64,000 nt of DNA from Phoronis australis (GCA_002633005.1 NMRA01000068.1:761092-825091), one strand, 5' to 3'. Numbered from the stretch's first letter, positions 39,660 through 54,268 are shown. Made by a program: numbers and translations. The notes: generated by a model from the sequence alone, not told the origin.

Positions 39660-40915
39660 TCTGTAAGCCTTAAAGATTTTAACATGTTAAAAAATTGTAA
39701 ACGGTCAGTCGAAGACGGCCCATTCGCTTCATTTGATTTTTCCTGAAATCGGAAATTTCCCCAAGTATGGAGTTGACTTTCTCAAGATAAATTTGTCTAA
39801 TATTGATAATCACTTTTGGAAAGATTTTTTGAATGTGTAATCTCCTTTGAAAATTGTTTGAAAATCGATAGATTTTCTCAACCAACCTTTACGATTTAGC
39901 AGTGACCTGCAGGCAGGGGCAAAAAGTATTTTTCTACAAGAATTGGTGCCATGGAAGCACAGTCTTTATAAAGGACTTGTTTTCCCCAGGCGGTAATATT
40001 TTGAACTATACATTTATCACCGGTGGATGTTTTAGATATCAAAACGAACTTTATGGAGTATAATAGTCTAATTTCAGTAATATTTAAGTATCAACAGAAA
40101 TATGGTACATGCCCGATTCTAACATAAACATAAACACAACAGTATTGATAGAGTTATTAGTTTTGATGGGTATTGTCCTGTTAGGCCAACGATTTTAATG
40201 AAACAGAAAAGTAGTGGGAGAGGGTGTCTACATATTTGTACACAATTAAATTATAGTTCCGAAGTCTCAAATGCGGAGTCAAAATCGGCCAAAGAATTGA
40301 ACGTAAATACAAATGATTTTTCATAGGAAGATGTTTATTCCCTTCTATATAACACAATAAGAGACCCAAGAATTAGGTGGCTTCAGTTCAGACGCTTGAC
40401 GAGAATTTCGACTACTAACTCATTTTTAAAAATAATTCAAGTTAGGGATGACGACTCTTGTTCCTTTTGTGGACAATTGAAAGAGACTTTGATACACTTA
40501 TTTTGGGACTGAGAAACAGTAAATTCATTTTGGACAAAAGTTAATAACGAAATTTTAAACAAAGCAAATCCCCAGTGTGCAACAATGTTGTTTTTGTTTT
40601 TTTTTTGATAAAAAGGAACATTGTTTTATTATTGGGTAAACAGTTTATTCATATGGCAAGTTCATCAAAAAGATTACTTCTAAGTGCATTTTTAACTTCA
40701 TCAAACAATATTATATGAGTGAAAAGTATAATGCTGGTAAGCATTTGAATTCAAAATCTGTACAAAAAAGATGGTGTAATCTTAAAACTGTTTTTCTTAG
40801 TAGTCAAGAAGATTATGTGTGGAGTATGCATGTGTGTGTTCTGTGTGGGGGGTGTTGTTCTTGTCTTTTTGTGTTATTGTAAATGTGCTCATTTTTAATA
40901 AATGAATAAAAAGAC
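39660..40915 (+). mobile_element. 3' fragment of a Tx1/L1-group LINE (zf-RVT region)
   Basis: IRDPRIRWLQFRRLTRISTTNSFLKIIQVRDDDSCSFCGQLKETLIHLFWD*ETVNSFW (CCHC-type), then TG-rich 3' UTR and aataaatgaataaaa tail. Same family as 31915-32530. Confidence 0.85.
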
Positions 40916-42869
40916 TCTAGAACCATCTAGCAACAATCAGTCATACATCACTCAGGTATTGTAAGCCTAAAACCACATAGAGACCTCTGCAGATAGTTAA
41001 TCTGATGTCAAGAAGGTGGCGCCACATGCACCCCTGTTACACCAGCAATATGGCATAAAGCCACATTACCCAAGCACATATAACCAATTGATATCTTGAA
41101 ATTTACCGACTTGTTCTTTTTTCCAACAACATCCTCACCTAGTGTACAAAATGTAACCAAATGTTACTCTTAAAGGGGAAAGGTACCTTTTTAACTCGTT
41201 TTTGGAATGAAGAAGTCATACTTTACTTAATTGCTAATTGCTAATTATCAAAACAAAATTCACAATGAGTTCTTTCAGATGTGTAATATTGTGAGCTAGT
41301 CACAAAGTTCAAACATTGCAGACCTGAGAGGCTGAATCACTGTTGTATTTTATTGGTAATATTGCTGTGATTGAACATTGGTGGGCCTCTCAGCTATAGA
41401 GCACAAAGTTGTACTAGAATCCTAAAGGTCAATGAGAAATAACTCTGATGTCAGTAACGGGTACAAGTGGGAAAAAGTAAGGGGACTACTTGCGTACTAG
41501 GGGTTTCAATAGGCCAGAATTTTCCAAATGAGAAAGCGCTAATAATTAACATTGTCATCATGTGAATTTCTTTCCACCAGGTTTATACCTGAGAAGGTGG
41601 TAGAAGTTGAACACTCCAAATAACAAAACTGATAGAGTCCATTTAACTGATGTACTCCATGTCAGGCCTTTGTTCCTGAAAAAGAATTTTAAAAGAATTA
41701 CAATAATTAAGTACTTAAACATGCATTTCGCCCTATTTAGCTGCTAAATACAAAAATGGAATTAGTCCGTTACTCATAAAATCAATCTCATATTATTATA
41801 TCCTTTGCTATAACAGGATTCTGTTTCCATTACGAAAAAGAACATTTAAACCACCAAAGACTTAATAAAAATGGTTCAGAATTTATTGGGACTGGTCAAA
41901 CCAAAAATCTGGATTTAGAAAATGTCACATTGTCGGTGAATTGAGTTGCCAGGTCATCGGGCAATTCAAATGGATGATTGTGGCAATGTTTTTAAATAAC
42001 AAAGCGCTTCAGTTAAGAATTCAACACCGAAACAAGGATGAAATTCTGCTTTAATAGGACTCCTTCCCAGTTAAAAGTAATGCCAGGCACCCTGCAGTTG
42101 GCATTCAATTGAACTTTAATTGGAAACATGATTACATGACATTGAAAAGGTTACAAAATATAGCTAGCACAAGCGGCTATATCAGCATGGTTCACTCAGT
42201 TAATCAATTTCTTTAAACACTTCACATCTTCAGTTCATTCACCAGTAATTCTGAAGTCTGGGACTAACCTTGAAACAAAGAAAGAAACCAATCCCTCTCC
42301 CAAATGTGCCACTATCATGAAGATAAAACTAAAAATAGAAAGCAAAATACAATGTCAGTACCAATAAGAATCAGGATCAGCCAATGTTTATTCTTTGTTG
42401 GCCTTAGCCTCACAATACAATGTACAATACAACTCCACCATGATAAAAGCTCAGTTCTTAGCATTGTAGTTGCTCTTAAATTATAGAATGCCGAGTTTTT
42501 AGCTCACAAGGATCATGACTTTAAATTAAATAAGTTAACTACTCTTCCATCATCTATCAATTTCATCAGACACAAAAAAATCTTTGCGGCGTTTTCCCGT
42601 TGCTCCCAACTTGTTCGATTCTATAGCCCAACAAGTTAGGGAGTTTACCCCTGTAGCCAATATCTTACACGGAATGCCGAAATTAATATTTTTTTCGTTG
42701 TACTGGACAGTAAAGTAGATGCAAATATTTCTTGTCAAAATACACTAACCGGAAACTGCACCAGAAAATTTAGGAGAGTGACGGCGCCTCTTGGCTAGCA
42801 CGGAAGAAAATGTCGGAGTTGCGAATGTGTTGCCTATAATCTATGATGGCACGATGTAGCACAGATTTG

Positions 42870-43294
42870 TACTTAAACCTGCTGTTAATCCCGACTCCAC
42901 GGGAACTTAAAAATCTTAGGGACACTACATGGAAAACTTAAGGATGATTTCAGGTAATTTGCTTGAGTCGAAACTGTATTTTTATCCAAGCATTCAAGTC
43001 GCCATATCGACGATTGCGAGGCAGTCAGTCGGCGAGTTTTCGCCCTGGGATTTCAGCACAATTTTCTGTAAAATGATCGTAATTTAGCAGTAAATTTTGA
43101 TAGCAATGCACCACAGTTTTGTAGAAAGTCTTTCATAGATTACAGATATGTCACAGAGTGTAAAAATGATGAATCTTAGCTTCCGATTTCACCCGTTTTG
43201 GAGACCAGGTTTCAACCGCCTTGGGTTATAATAAGCGCCCCAACTTAACGAACTTTTCTAAGTGCCCTGGGCGGTTATTACGGCGAATATGGTA
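42870..43294 (+). mobile_element. Terminal fragment of the pogo-HIRAN element family
   Basis: Collinear with 55500-55900 and with the reverse complement of 19549-19940; ends in TIR gggcggttattacggcgaatatgg-TA. Confidence 0.8.
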
Positions 43295-44468
43295 GCTTTT
43301 TTAACAAGAGCAACGTGGAACATCGAAATGCACCCACGAATGCACCACAAGCGGTGTTCTTCTAGGGTTGGTTATTTATATCATAAAAATGGACACTAGA
43401 TGGTGCAAAAACATCCCATCCATCCAAAGATGGGATCATACCATTGCTTCTTTAATAGAAAGGTGTATACCAAATTTCATAAAAATCTGTCAAGGAAATT
43501 TAGAGAAACACAAGAAAATGGAAAAAAAATGAAATTGCCACTATCGGGCACAGCTTTCGTTGGATCCGCCTAAAAATGTCGTCGTCCATGTCTGTTGTTA
43601 GCTTCATATAAATACACTTACTAAATTTAATAAAGATCCTGCAATGGTATAAATGTATATTTACTATACAGCTTGCACCAAGGCAAGGCTACGCAGTCGG
43701 GGTCCTTTCCTGGCCCGTGCCGATAACGGCATCGTTCCACTAATCAACACTACACGGCAGCAAACCTGTATTTTGAACTTTTGACAGCCGAGATCGCAGC
43801 CGAATTATACACATTAAGCACAGTTTTGTAGTCAAGAGGCATTTACCCAATGAGCTATATGCATAACAAGCTCGATTTATCTTATTCCCTACACCCACGG
43901 CACAGCCTCAGTGATGTCAGAGCGCATTAGCCAATAGGAATCAACACTGGAAAAACGCTTTTTTACAAAAATGTGAAAGAGTAATAAAGATGTGATTTCT
44001 GATATAGACTTTATTCATCGATTAAATTACATTAGAAATGCATGTTATTGTACTTCAGGAACCTTTTAATGTGTGTACATGTGTTGTACAGACAATACAA
44101 AATGAAAAATATCTCCTCAAGATATCTTAGCCTGCAACTGGATCCCTCATTGTTTTTCTGGGTACAAATTTTTCATTGACGAATTTTTTTTTTCTGGCCT
44201 TTATTCTGGATTAATATCTCTCCATAGCCTGCTGCTTACGTTGACTTGATTTGGCACAAATTTTCTTGTTATCAACTTAATGACATTGGCTTTTTCTTTG
44301 ATCATTTATGGGAGGAAACATTTTTCCTCGTGAGAAAAGCTTTTAGCTCTTTTTCGCAAATGTCTGCACTGATTCTACTGCTGTGTGCCATTGTGTACCC
44401 ACGTGATCAAGGTTTCATTGAAGCACTTCAATAGTTTCTTTGATGGGTTAATCCAGAGCAACACAGTA

Positions 44469-44773
44469 GGGTGGCTTGGATACTTTAAACCTGGTTTTAC
44501 TAGCTACATGGTCTAACAAAACCAGGTTTTCAGACTTTTAAACCATGTTAGTGAAATGCAAGTAAGGTCTGAAATTAGACCAGGTTTAGGAAGACCAGGC
44601 GTGCGTTCAGTAGATGCTAGGACCTAGCTAAAACGCAGTCAAAGTTACGTGTTCTCATTTAAAATGCACGACAATATCTCACGTAATCTAGCGAAGTCTT
44701 GCTTTTTAGCGAGGACTTAGCGTTACTGAACGAGAGGCAGGTTTAAGTCTTAAACCTAGTTTTGTTAAACCAC
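44469..44773. mobile_element. MITE with a nested Harbinger-like MITE (44599-44737, CAG TSD)
   Basis: Outer aaacctggttt/accaggttt-rich palindromic element; inner TIRs cgttcagtagatgctaggacc and ggacttagcgttactgaacg, same family as 20512-20661. Confidence 0.6.
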
Positions 44774-46339
44774 CTTTATGAAATCGGCTGTCAGTGTCCA
44801 AGAGGTTAAGGGAGGTTTATAATACAAATATCAAATTTCTCAACTTCATTTTTTTGGTTTCGTTTGTACTCAACAGTTGCAAACAAACAAGTGGGCAGTT
44901 GAAGCACCATAGTCGTATGTAAGGCTTTGAAATGTAGAAAACCTGCAATTATTTTTTGTTGTTGACTGTGTGCATTCTTCAGTCATACACACCATGAAAC
45001 TGTAAGTATGCAAGCAATGCCCCATCTTCTACAGTTTAGGATGAGTAAAGGTAATACTTACATATTATGGACTACTGCTGGGTGGTCTTTAACCATATAA
45101 TTCATAAATGATGTAATTGGTTCTACAGTGACATACGATAAAAGGTCAGGACGAGTGGCAGCTACCTAAAGAAAAAGAAATAGAGCCATTCAACAGTTAC
45201 AAGAAATATTATTAATCACTTAATTTGTGTTACCCAGATCATTCCTGCATATCTAGTGGATATCATCTCATACTTAAGACACTCAAGTGATGCTATCACA
45301 TGACACACTTTCGTCATTGCAGAAAACAACCGCAGACAATCACTCACTCTGAACCATCAAGTGGGAGGCTATATTGCCATGAGAACAAGATCATGCGCAT
45401 GGATTTACAGTACAAACCAAATAATACCAGCCATATTAGAATTATGCATGTTTCATAAAATGTCATCTGCTGTTAACAAATCATTAAGCAAGCATTTCAA
45501 AAATCTCGGGCGTTGTCTGAAACAATTATTGTTTTCCTAATTTCCTAGGCACGAAGTTTGACAAACATATAACTTTCGACATTTTAACCATTTTGTGGAA
45601 TTAAGTGCACTAAATTCATCCCTTACCATACAACTGACTCAACATACAAAAGTTAGTAAGAAAACAGGATTTATTATGCCTCTGCATATTGCATGTCCCC
45701 AGCTAGAGCTTTTGCAAAATACCCATTTAATGGGCAGCGTACTATAAGGTGTTGGGGTGCTATAGCCCTCCCCACTTATTTCAGTGCTGCGCTGCCCATG
45801 AGTTTCTAATAAATTTCTAAGATGGTTTAGAATTTGGTGGCAACATGGCAAGTGATGTGGGACAAAATCTTGTCTTGGGAAAAAATACTCAAAGCAGCAT
45901 TTCGCTATGTATTTAGCAGTTACTTTAAACATATATACAAATTATTAACCAAAGAGCTTCAGCGTTTACAAACACCTGACTAAGTAACCTCGAATTGGTG
46001 ATGAATGAATCGGTAAGCAAAGTTCTACACATTGCACACTGGCAAGCCTCACTTCTAAATCTAATTCAAGTAAAAAACAAGTTGAGACAATGAGCCTAAT
46101 TCTGGAATTGATTCATTTGACAAAGGGTGTGTTTATGAAGGTTTAACAGCAATGCTGAAAACGTACTGAAACACTGCCTGGGCTTTCTTTTTATCAATGA
46201 CCAATGAAGCTTGAAAGATAATTTTACAGTAAACTCGTTGCTTGATTTTTGTGAATATGAAATATCCATTGTTGGATATCGACTAACAAAAGATTATTCC
46301 ATATAAACCTAAAAATTGGTTTGGTTTCTATCTCCTAAA

Positions 46340-46925
46340 TTTAAGGATAACATTGTTTTAGCGTGTTTTGGGCGAAATCTATACTGCACATCCTCCAAAC
46401 AACTAGCATCACCGAAGAAAATGTGTTTCTGACACAATCATCAGTTACTTCCATTACATAGTCCCAAGCTATGACTGCTGTGTATACACTCGAACGGCCA
46501 CGCATACATCGCCATTCCCAATCTCTTTGGGAGACATCTTCAAAACCACTTAATGTTACATACTGTATTCCCATACCAAACCTNCCCCACCAGCCATATT
46601 AGTGCACTAGAACTCGTGAATAATTCAATAATGAAAATAAACTGCCACGCTTTTATAGCAGTCCCAAGCCTTTAGTTAAAAGAAAGGCTTTCAATTACAC
46701 TCAGTCAGTGGGGTCTTTGTAAAATACATTAAATCTACGTTTTCAAATCAACTTGCATTGTATCTTATTCATTGTAGATGTACTTTTTCTGTTATTATTT
46801 ATATTGTTCTTCTATTTACTGTTACTCGGTGGTCAGCTATTAGCGGCCGTGACTTTGCTGGCCACCCAGTCATATAACAATGTATGTTTTATATGATTCA
46901 AAATATAAGTTTCTCTCTCTAAAAA
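46340..46925 (+). mobile_element. Possible 3' end of an L2/CR1-type LINE
   Basis: Degenerate RT C-terminal-like relic, 3' stem-loop gtggtcagc...gctggccac and a ctctct tail. Weak. Confidence 0.4.
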
Positions 46926-47539
46926 AGGCGTTCTTTTACTTGTGGCGGTAAATAGTTTCATCTAAAATCATCCTGACCTGATACAATCCATAACATATCG
47001 TTGCTCAAACACATGATGCTGTGTTGTCTACTGTGTGTGAGAATCTTCATGTGTTATACAAACAATACTAGGAGTGTGCTACTAAACTGAGTATACAGAT
47101 ATGTCCTGAGGCACATCATTTGAAGACAACCTTATGTAACCTGTCATGATTTGATGATGCCTCATCTTTCACACCATTTTGAGTTTAATAATTATCCTAC
47201 TGAAAAATTTCCCTTGTATGTAGTTATCTATTATATAAAATGCATCGTTTGCACAAACTCCGTCTCCCCCGCTCCACTACAGACCTTCGTTGCGCCGTTT
47301 CGGTACCACCCTGGTCCCAAGTATTGCACCCGCCCCCTAGTTGGATTTGAGGTGTTCTATTTTTTTCTCACGGGCCGTTTTTTCACGGACGCGGAGGGAG
47401 GGTGGCCAGTTTTGTACTGGCCTTGGTGACGTCAGTTCGTCGGCTCAATGGCCTGGGTGACGTCACTTCGTCGGCTTAATTTCACTCCCTCCGGCTTCTG
47501 TCACATATACAATTCAACTGGCCTGTCGCTGCCAAAATT

Positions 47540-48125
47540 AATGATGCCTCATTGAAAAATCCTTACTCTTCCTTGAGTAAACTAAATTATTTACCCTGGT
47601 GTTGGAAAATTGGCGTTCTTCAGATATTCTCCTGCTAAATTGCCATGCGCTCTTTTGGGTGCCATTGCGTCACCTGTTGGACAATTTCCATGTTATTCAA
47701 TCAAATGTGAGGTTGCGAACATGTCATAACAATCGCAAGTGGTTTCATTTCATAAAAAGTTTTTGCTATTTTATGATCAGAAAACCCAATTTCAGAAAAA
47801 ACACTCGAGAGATATTGCAAAATTTTCGGAAATGGCACATACATGTGGGTACCACAAGTATGCACTGTTTTTAAAACGACCACAGATTTCCTTTGTTACA
47901 AAAGGCGGAGAATTACGAAAAATAACTTTTTTTAGATTGTCTTTTTACTTCTATAAACGGCTGTAACGGGCAAGGTGAATGTCGGTTCATTCCCAGATTC
48001 TGAATGCACCCCTGTAGGTTGCTAGCTCTCCAAGTTTCACGACGAGGTGACAAGCTGAGCACCGAGGTTTGGTGAAATTCGGTGTCTAACGGAGTTCTAC
48101 AAACAGCTACCTAGCTGTATGTTGA
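47540..48125 (+). repeat. Uninterrupted copy of the repeat that is split at 29640-30048 / 34971-35135
   Basis: Shared aattggcgttct, cggagaatt, ggctg(c/t)a(g/a)cgg|gcaaggtga(g/a)tgtcggtt, aagtttcacgac and tacctagctgtat blocks. Confidence 0.75.
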
Positions 48126-50156
48126 TGATAGTCTTCATACAGCTAGCTGGCTTTCTACCTCAGTATGTACATTTATGATGCAACTTTTGTAAATACATCT
48201 ATATACTTTGTGTACTATACAGTATTTCAAATGCATTCTTAGTTTTCACTTTAAAGAATATCTGATTACTGTACTTTGTGTTATGGCAGGGTCAAATGTT
48301 CTGGAAATTTGTACTGCCTGGGGAAAGAGTCCCGCAGCCGCACACCTTGGCTACTAAAATCTGACAGTGACTGAAATTCTGCTTGAAGCTTTGAACACGG
48401 CCTTTTCCAGAAGTATTCCTGTCTCTTGTGATGAACACTAATGTTCACTCTTAGTCTAACTTTCCCTCTGCGTTTTGCACTCGCTGCTACCCATGCGAAA
48501 GCACGGGTAACAGCTAGTATTATACAACAATTGAACTTTATGCCATAAACGAACTGGCTTAAATGGCATTAAATTGTATTTTAGCTAAAAACAGTCAACG
48601 TGTCTCGAAGAATGCAACTTTTGGAAGCATTTGGACCCACTGCTCCGACCTAACTGATAGTTTTCATACATTCCAAATACATCATCCTCAGCTTGCAATT
48701 CATGTGCACAACTTAAAATATTTTTATGCATTAGCTTCTCTCTCTGTAGAAATCAAGACCAACACCAACAACATGACTCATACGTGTTCAATTACTCACT
48801 AACTTACTGTAGTTTGAACAAGACCAACAGGAACCAACACCATCCACAAGCGGTGCGGGAGACGAAAGTAATCACTTGAACCTCCACTTTCCATCTTGTC
48901 CCTGACGTAAGCTATAAAAGGAGAAATCATCTTTTCAACCACACATAAATCAACACCAGTTCTTTTAATTTGAAATGTGTGATCACATCTTATATTAGCC
49001 ACGAATGAGAAAAGTCGCATCGAGCAACCCAGGGGGGGAACTCCAACAGAATAGGTATACAGTATGGGAAATGGGAATTACCCATTCAGTTGAGTGACTT
49101 GTTCACAACCCATTTCCCTATGAAAGGGTGCCTTTATTCAATAAAAATATCAATGCGACGCATTGAAAAGCGCTCACGACTGCACCGCAAACAGTGTGCT
49201 TCTAGGGGTTTTATTTCTAACATAAAAATGGCCATTAGAGACACAGAACACATTGAACCTATCCAAACATGGGAATGTGTTGTCGTCTCTGAAATTATTT
49301 GGCAAATTTCATGAAAATCCACCAAAGAAATCCAAAAATACAAAGGCAAAGAGACAGATGTAAAAAAACAAAGTGCCTAGGAACCATAGCGGTAGTCGAA
49401 TCCGTCCATCTGCTGTCAAGTTAATAGGAATACAATTGCAATATTTCAAAAACATCCCTGAAGGCGTTTAAGAGATAAGCCGTAGATGTGAAAAAATGTC
49501 TCTAGGAGGCACTATAGTAGTTGGACCCATTTGAAAATCAATATAAGTCATACTCTTGTCAGTAGGAACACATCTGCCAATTTTCATAATGATCCTGTCT
49601 GGTTTGGCAGATACAGAAGCAGACGACAAATAACAGATTAAAAAATAAATTAAATGATCACTAATTGGTGCAGAAGATGTCGAATCCATCACAAAAAAGG
49701 TGCTGTTGTCTTCATAACACAAATTTGTTTGCCCAATTTCATGAAAAGGCATTAAGGAACTCTGAATTTACAATGGCAAACATAAAAAGTAAGATTGGCA
49801 CTAGGAAGCACAGCTGTAGTTGGATTTGTCTGAAACTGGCGATCATCTGTTGCCATCTCCATGCACATCTGCTAAATTTCTGCTAAAGATTTTGCAAAGG
49901 GTAAAGGAGATACAGTAGTAAATGCAAATAAAATAAAATTGCAACTAGGGGATACCAGGGTACGGTAGTTGAACACATCCAAAAATTAATGTCAGCATCA
50001 GTCTTCTCATCAGGAACACATCTTCCAATTTTAAAAATGATCCTTCGAGAGGTTTTGTTTCAGGAAATACCTGCAGCTCTGTGTGTCAATTGGGTGTAGG
50101 TGGTTTAAGTACTTCGGGCCAACGCATTTACACAAACCGATGATAAATGGATAATT

Positions 50157-51099
50157 GCTCTAATCTCCAATCAGATCGAATCTAGCCTGACTGGGCTGTG
50201 CTGCTTATTTGAACACAAACCAATAGCATTTCTGAATTCCTTGTCAAATACTGATCATGTTTAGTTTTTGAATCACCAAAATCGCCCAACTACAACAGAA
50301 GTTAAGACAATCCATTCTGCCAGGTTAAACCCTTTGAAGCCTGGGAGATAATTGGCCCACTTACAGGCAAACGACTGTGCTGGGCAGTTAACAAAGGAGC
50401 CAGTTGTTATTGCACGTTCAGAACCCATATATCTGGAAAAGTTGCTGAACGACACTGAGAACGCTGTTGTGCTAGCTTGAAGAGTATGGGTATTTTCTAG
50501 GCCGTTTTAATGACAAACACGCATTTCTGGGAATATTTTTCAAGGTCGCACAGACATTTTTTTCAAGCATCGTGCACACTTAGACAGCGACCACCATCTC
50601 TATTGGCACCGCCAGTAGAGACAGTGGTCACTATCTAGTGGACACTATGGCTGGACATCATGCATGCTTTCGCCGGACATGGGACTCATGCCGCACTCGG
50701 CCGATACAATATTAGCGTTGTCGCTCAATAACTTTTCCAAACATGAGGCCTGGGGTGCTGAACGGGCGATAACATCTGGCTCTTTTGTTAACTGCCCAGC
50801 TCAGTCTTTAGTCCCATGACAACAAACAGGCCAATTATTTTCTAGACTTCAAAGGAAACGTATGGTGGTTGCACGCTATTACCAAACGCGAATGACGAGC
50901 ATTGGTAATCCGTTTGGATGGAATTGATTGTCTTAACTTCTGTTGTAGTTGGGCGATTTTGGTGATTCAAAAACGTAACATGATCAGCATTTGACGAGGA
51001 ATTCAGAAATGCTATTGGTTTAAGCATAACTTAACTTTCATTTTTATCAGCCCAGCACTAGCAGTCAGGCTAGATAAGATCTGATCGGAGATTAGAGCA
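50157..51099. mobile_element. ~950-bp foldback palindrome (long-TIR element)
   Basis: 50157-50480 is inverted relative to 50700-51099, with a central hairpin at 50581-50638. Arm copies at ~52210-52680 and flank copy at 42590-42670. Confidence 0.85.
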
Positions 51100-52908
51100 A
51101 TTATCGAACAAAAGAGCGCAGGCCCTCCAATCATAAATGCCAGAATGGAGTTAATCAGTCATGTAAGATATTGGCTATGGGGGTAAACTTCCCAACTTGT
51201 TGTTGGGCTAAAAAATCGAACACATTGGGAGCAACGGATGTCGCCGTCATGTTGTTAGATATAATATGACATAATTAGCGGGTACAATGATAAAAATTGT
51301 CTTTTAAACCTTGATTCCATTTGNNNNNNNNNNNNNNNCCCCACTCCCTACCGACATCCCCCTCCTCGATCCACCATATCCGCCACCGATTACACGACCA
51401 ACGATATGGCTGGAGCATTCATAGACAGTGACCACTGTCTCTTCTGACACAGCAGGAGAAATTATTGCAAAATATCGTGGCATTTCTTGAGCAACCACAA
51501 ACCTGGTGCAAACAGCTCACGAGATTTTTGCAGGCAGCTGGGCTTCGAGGGGTCTTTGACCTCAATCACCAGGTGGCAGTGAAGTCGTCTCGATCACAAC
51601 CAATGAGATATAATCCCAAGCCGCTTTGGCGTACCGGACTAGAGCAAGCGCGGTCGCGAGATAAGTTTCGCAAATGACGCACGCATACTTAATTGCGCGT
51701 GTTGATTCACGTTACGGTAACAAAAGGGTTTCGCAACAGCTAAATTTTTACGTGAACGTAAACGTAAACGTGAACTGAATAACTGAGCTCAGGTGAGGAT
51801 TAGTCACTAGAGTAGGCCGGGCCTACTGTCTACGGATCAATCCTGATGATTATCCGCCTACAGCTATCGCAAGAGTCGTTTTTCATGGCCGGCGCGTCAT
51901 AGGGGGCTGGCTGTAGCCCCACCACTTTTTCAGTGCTACGCTGCACATGGTCTATATAGGGGCGGTGCATCACTACACTAGGCGGGGCCAGTGAGGGGGC
52001 TTCCCGCCGGCCCCCACTTCGATGTTGCGCCGCCCACTTTACGAACTTCTGCTAAAAATTATGAACTCTTAGAATGCGACATTTATTTGCATTTTAAAAT
52101 AAATAGATGCAAGCATGTAAAAGTTTAATTGACAACACAAAATCATGACAGCGTTTTCCTGTTCCGCAGCGACTTAACCACTAGACGTCAGCCGTTCTGC
52201 GGAACGTGTGATAGTAGCTTCTTTGTTAACTGCCAAGCACAGTCTTTTGTCTGTTTATATCACAACAGGCTGGCCAATTATCTACCAGGCTTATTACAGA
52301 CCACGTGCGAAACACTGTCAAACCCAGAGTGAATTGATGATACATTCCGAAAGAATAGATTATCAATAGTGATCGTAACTTCCGTCGGTTGCATGGGCGA
52401 TTTTTTGGCGATTCAAAAACTAAACATGATCATCATTTGACGACGATTTCAGAAATCCTATTGGTTTATGTTCAAATAATTTATAACCCAGTCAGGCGAT
52501 CTTATTGAAGATTAATAGAGTAATTATCGAACAAAAGAGAGCTGGCCCTCCAACCATGAATGCCAGCCGGAATAGAGTTAGTCAGTCGTGTAAGATATTG
52601 GCTATAGAGCTAGGTATAAACTTCCCAACTTGTTGTTGGGCTATAGAATCGAACAAGTTGGGAGCAATGGGAAAACGCCGCCGTAATAATCTGTTAAAAA
52701 TCCATTCCGATGATATCCATCGATCGAACCTCAGCAGAATAAGGATTTTGGAAAAGGGCTTCCTTCAGGCAGCTAGACTTTAAGAACATTTATATACAAA
52801 AGAACCGTGTTGATTTTACTGAACCAAAGAAGAAAGATTGAGAACCCTATCAAAATAAAAATCGTTTCGATATCACTTGCCAAATAAGAATTAAAATGGG
52901 CCGCCCAC

Positions 52909-53065
52909 AGGTTTCGCGTTTAAAGCGACGCGAATCTCCCAGGTATTCGCTTAAAATACGCAAACCATCGGGATTAATTTACATTCAACAATGAAATGTA
53001 GGCCTATGACGCGGAATTATATATGCGTGAGTATTCACGTTCACGTCGCTATAAATGCGAAACCT
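52909..53065. mobile_element. MITE
   Basis: TIRs aggtttcgcgtttaaagcgacg and cgtcgctataaatgcgaaacct. Confidence 0.65.
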
Positions 53066-53236
53066 CGTTGTCAGCGTGATAACTTACAGTTCCACATGTC
53101 ACCGGCGCTTCATTCAAAAGACCAAGACCGTACTAATGATTCCACCGTCCTAATCAAGCTTCGTCGGACTTTAACAAGGTGCCGCTACAACAACCCAGCA
53201 ATTGCCACTTTATTTTTGAATTTTGACTGAGACTTG

Positions 53237-53491
53237 GGGCCTGTTCCGAGACCAAGAAACTGACTTAAGTTCATTTTTGACTTAAGTTTGAGATTTTTCT
53301 TAACTTCTAAACTTTGAAACTTCCCGGCACTTTCGGTAAGCTAGTCAAAATTAAGACAAATTTATGTCAAACACTTAAGTCAAACTTAAGATCTTTTTCT
53401 TGAATTGGTTTTGAGACAAATTTAACTTTTATTTTAAAATTTACTAAAATTTAAGATTTGTTTTGGCTAACAATTTTGTTGGAACGGGCCC
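53237..53491. mobile_element. Harbinger-like MITE upstream of MPDU1
   Basis: TIRs gggcctgttcc and ggaacgggccc; internal acttaagt repeats. Confidence 0.6.
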
Positions 53492-53690
53492 TTGTACTTT
53501 AAAATTGACACAGCCGTGAGTAGACAGAAACAGCACTGAATGTGCAAAATGGCCAAGTCGGTCCGTGCCCGCCAAGTGGATGGGCAGACTCTTGTCGAAT
53601 CTGGCGGGCAAAGTTCAGCAACCGACTGCGGGCGCGAGCGTCATCTTGAGGCTTAGTTGGAGACGAGGCTGAACGTACCAATGAGATAAA

Positions 53691-53723
53691 TTCTTCTTCT
53701 TCTTCTTCTTCTTCTTCTTCTTC
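53691..53723. repeat. (TTC)11 microsatellite
   Basis: Directly visible. Confidence 0.95.
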
Positions 53724-54268
53724 AGCGTTCCAGGTCATGTAGCTTGGATAGTCAGTCTGATCTCTTGGGAGATAAATATATAGCCCATGGGTAATTCCGT
53801 GAAAAAGTCCACCTGAAGACAAAAAATTAAAATTATGACTATACTATCATTTCTGATCTCATCTGAAAGCCCAGCCTCTCTAATTTCGGGATCCGTGTTT
53901 GACTATACTATGACTTTCATTTTTTTTTTGCCTCAGTGATCCCATTCTTGGGAGTCACTTGGCTTGACAAAAAAGACGTAAACAAGTTCCCTCTCTACGG
54001 GTCTCCGCCTTGTACAAAGATGACGTTGTTTCATCAGAGACTTTGGTTTTATGTCAAAAGATGTCGCACATGCCAGTTTTATAATCTCTATTTCCTTAAT
54101 AAATTAACCTAACGTTTTCCTCATTTACAACCAATATTTTCTCTTATTATCTGTACTAAAATCAAAATTTTAAAGATTTTAGGTAAACAAAGGTGCATGA
54201 CACCAAGTTTAATACTGTAAATTATAGTTGGAAATTTTACTGCAAGACTATTGTATCCGGCGAAAACG

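Noticed and set aside
53499-53822. 107-aa ORF with poly-Glu
   Set aside because: Poly-E is simply the reverse strand of the (TTC)11 microsatellite.
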